Part shown: positions 23,262-25,317 of the stretch, in pieces
How positions within the stretch are numbered: the stretch's first letter is position 1
Layout: each line of letters begins with the position of its first letter
From: a virus
Taxonomy: Duplodnaviria > Caudoviricetes
IMG/VR virus record: IMGVR_UViG_3300048896_000199
Location: 1 to 25,317 of that record
DNA length: 25,317 bases
Strand: one strand, 5' to 3'
Notes under the pieces: model-generated
The model's database searches: none
Seen by the model: the letters and a program-made list of their open reading frames with translations, nothing else
What the model was told of the DNA's origin: nothing
Translations under genes and position numbers: made by a program

Positions 23262-23794
23262 CCCAGCCCTACGGCAAGCCCTACACCGTGCGCGGCTGGG
23301 GCGACGAGATTGTCACCACCGTCTCCCTCGATGCGCTCGAAACCGTCCCCGATGGATACCTGCCCGTGCTGCGTACCGACGGCCCCGTGATCCTCGTCCC
23401 GACCGCCGCGCTCACACCGGTCGACACCACACCGACAGAGCCGGAGCCGGGGGCGTGGCTCATCGGCGACACGGTGTACTCCCGGTTCGCTGGCGACGTC
23501 ACGTCGCGGCCATGGACTCCGGGGATACGCGGCGCCGGGTTCGCTTGGTTCGAGTGGGCCGAGGTGTGGAAGGAGTCCGGCGGTCCCGGCGTCACCATCC
23601 GCCGGCTGATCCCGGAACCGGCGCCGGTGGAACGGGAGGAGTTGGCTGCGGCCATCCACGGCTGCGGCTATGCCCGCGGCGAGACGCCGACCCCGTGGGA
23701 GCGGGTAGGCCCAAACGCCCGTGCCCTCTCGCTGGCCCGCGCGGACGCCGCCATCGAGATGTTCGCTCGTGCCGCCCGTGAGGCGACCCGATGA
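23258..23794 (+). CDS. Hypothetical protein (178 aa)
   Basis: ATGA overlaps at both ends; good codon bias. Confidence 0.65.
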   Translation: MTQPYGKPYTVRGWGDEIVTTVSLDALETVPDGYLPVLRTDGPVILVPTAALTPVDTTPTEPEPGAWLIGDTVYSRFAGDVTSRPWTPGIRGAGFAWFEWAEVWKESGGPGVTIRRLIPEPAPVEREELAAAIHGCGYARGETPTPWERVGPNARALSLARADAAIEMFARAAREATR

Positions 23795-23982
23795 GCCCGT
23801 GGATCGGCGCCCTCATCGTCCTCGGCATCGGTCTGTCCACGGCCGCCATCTGGTGGTTGGTGCGCCCGCTCACGCCCAGAGAACGCCTGCGGGACCTGTC
23901 GCTGATCCGGGAAGACCACACCGACGACGAGTTGGAGGCGCTGTACCGGCTGCCGGCGGCGGACAGGGACGGTGCGCAGTGA
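23791..23982 (+). CDS. Small membrane-anchored protein
   Basis: N-terminal TM helix; overlapping start and stop. Confidence 0.6.
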   Translation: MSPWIGALIVLGIGLSTAAIWWLVRPLTPRERLRDLSLIREDHTDDELEALYRLPAADRDGAQ

Positions 23983-24107
23983 AGACCTACGCGGAGCGGC
24001 TCGAGGACGAGGGCAGCCTGGCGGACATGGTCGCGGAACGGGACCTGGACGAAGCCGAGGCGGACGAGGCGGCCGAGCAGGCGTGGGCGGAGGGTCGGGA
24101 TGAGTGA
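23979..24107 (+). CDS. Small very acidic protein (42 aa)
   Basis: GTGA overlap; VKTYAERLEDEGSLADMVAERDLDEAEADEAAEQAWAEGRDE. Confidence 0.55.
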   Translation: MKTYAERLEDEGSLADMVAERDLDEAEADEAAEQAWAEGRDE

Positions 24108-24750
24108 CAAGTCGAAGACCGTTATCGAGGTGCTCGGCGCCGTCATGGAGGACGTGAGCGCGGTCGGGAAGAAGGACCGCAACACCCAGCAGGGCTACGA
24201 CTTCCGAGGCATCGACGCCGTCATCAACGCGGTCGGTCCGGCGTTCCGACGGCACGGCATCGTCCCCGCGCCGATCAAGAGCGAGGCGAAGTACCGCGAC
24301 GTCCTGACCATCAACGGCAAGCCGTCGCGGGAGTGCACCGTCACCGTCACCTACCGGTTCTACGGCCCGGCCGGCGACTTCATCGACTGCGAGGTACCTG
24401 GCGAGTCGATGGATTTCGGCGACAAGGGCGCACCGAAGGCGATGTCCGTCGCGTACCGGATCGCGCTGCTGCAGGTGCTATGCATCCCCACCCACGAACC
24501 CGAACCCGACGCGCAGTCCTACGAACGGGCCGCGGCGCCGGTGTGGGATCCGGTCGAGCAGGAGTTGCTGTTCGACGGCTTCAAGGCCGAGATCGAAGCC
24601 GCGAAGACGCCGGAGGAACTCGGCGGTGTGGCGAAGCGGATGCAGGGCGCCGTGCGGTCGAAGGAGATGAGCAAGGCCACCTACGACAAGCTCGCCCAGG
24701 TCGGCGCTGCCCGTCGGGCGGAACTCAACAGCGAGGCGGTGCCGGCATGA
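24100..24750 (+). CDS. erf: ERF-family single-strand annealing recombinase
   Basis: VGKKDRN-x-QQGYDFRGIDAV and GESMDFGDKG-x2-KAMSVAYR-x-ALLQ...EPD motifs. Confidence 0.85.
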   Translation: MSDKSKTVIEVLGAVMEDVSAVGKKDRNTQQGYDFRGIDAVINAVGPAFRRHGIVPAPIKSEAKYRDVLTINGKPSRECTVTVTYRFYGPAGDFIDCEVPGESMDFGDKGAPKAMSVAYRIALLQVLCIPTHEPEPDAQSYERAAAPVWDPVEQELLFDGFKAEIEAAKTPEELGGVAKRMQGAVRSKEMSKATYDKLAQVGAARRAELNSEAVPA

Positions 24751-25268
24751 ACCGAACCGAACTCACCCAGGCCGTCATCTGGCTGGACCAGCTCGCCGCG
24801 AAGGCGAAGGCGGAGTCGGCGAAGCTCCGCGACCAACTCTCCGCCGATGCTCGCGCCGAACTGGAGGAGCAGGGCACCGCACCGACCTGGCGGCTGCCAG
24901 ACGTGGCCACGATCTCCACCGCGGTCAGTCATCAGTCCGTCGTGGTGGCGGATGAGAAGGCGTTCGTGGAGTGGGCGGAGAAGCGCTACCCGACCGAGGT
25001 CGAGACGGTGAAGGTGATCCGCCCAGCCTGGAGAACCCATCTGCTGAATACCGCGATGCCGGAGGACGAAGCCGCCTGCCTGCCGGACGGTGAGGTCATT
25101 CCCGGCCTCGCGGTCCGTCCCGGCGGGTCGTTCGCCGGTGTGACGATCCGGGTCGCGCCGGCGGCGAAGGAAGTCTTCGCCGCTCTCGCCGAGCACGGAC
25201 TGAGGGAACTCGCATCAACCGCCGGGCCGCATGGGGCGGTCGTGCTCGCGGAGCTGAACCATGCGTAA
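24747..25268 (+). CDS. Hypothetical recombination-module protein
   Basis: ATGA overlap; N-terminal coiled coil, V-x-DEKAF-x-EW, DGEVIPGL motif. Confidence 0.65.
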   Translation: MNRTELTQAVIWLDQLAAKAKAESAKLRDQLSADARAELEEQGTAPTWRLPDVATISTAVSHQSVVVADEKAFVEWAEKRYPTEVETVKVIRPAWRTHLLNTAMPEDEAACLPDGEVIPGLAVRPGGSFAGVTIRVAPAAKEVFAALAEHGLRELASTAGPHGAVVLAELNHA

Positions 25269-25317
25269 CACCGGACCCTCATCCTCCGTCGTCGAGGCTG
25301 TGCTCGAACGCGGGCAG
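25261..25317 (+). CDS. 5' end of next gene (MRNTGPSSSVVEAVLERGQ...), possibly an HNH protein
   Basis: GGAG upstream, ATG at 25261, open to the window end; too short to assign. Confidence 0.4.
   Translation, partial: MRNTGPSSSVVEAVLERGQ

Noticed and set aside
1-25317. CRISPR array or diversity-generating retroelement
   Set aside because: No regularly spaced repeat-spacer units, no reverse transcriptase, and no near-identical template/variable repeat pair noticed by eye.

Overview
High-GC DNA with the organisation of a temperate actinobacterial siphophage. Phage genes lie on both sides of an intact attP, so this looks like the free or excised form rather than an integrated prophage. Left to right: head-tail and tail morphogenesis genes (adaptor, stopper, neck, terminator, major tail protein, tail assembly chaperone with a -1 frameshift at CCCAAAC, tape measure, tail-tip proteins); a lysis cassette; a secreted beta-helix protein; an accessory region with two ribbon-helix-helix (RHH) regulator cassettes and a DUF2637-like membrane protein; attP (3' half of a CAU-anticodon tRNA) overlapping the 3' end of the tyrosine integrase; a repressor/excisionase switch; and an early operon (DEDDh ribonuclease, HTH protein, adenine methyltransferase, ERF recombinase). 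Most unusual features: (i) beta-rich subunit genes paired with Pro/Arg-rich extended sequences, inserted at the neck (241-3081) and apparently splitting a tail-tip gene (9707-10370), possibly a modular virion-decoration system; (ii) an integrase whose stop codon lies in the tRNA anticodon loop of attP, followed by a sib-like inverted repeat whose motif recurs at the rep/xis switch; (iii) several candidate structured RNAs. All product calls rest on motif recognition and gene order; no searches were run.
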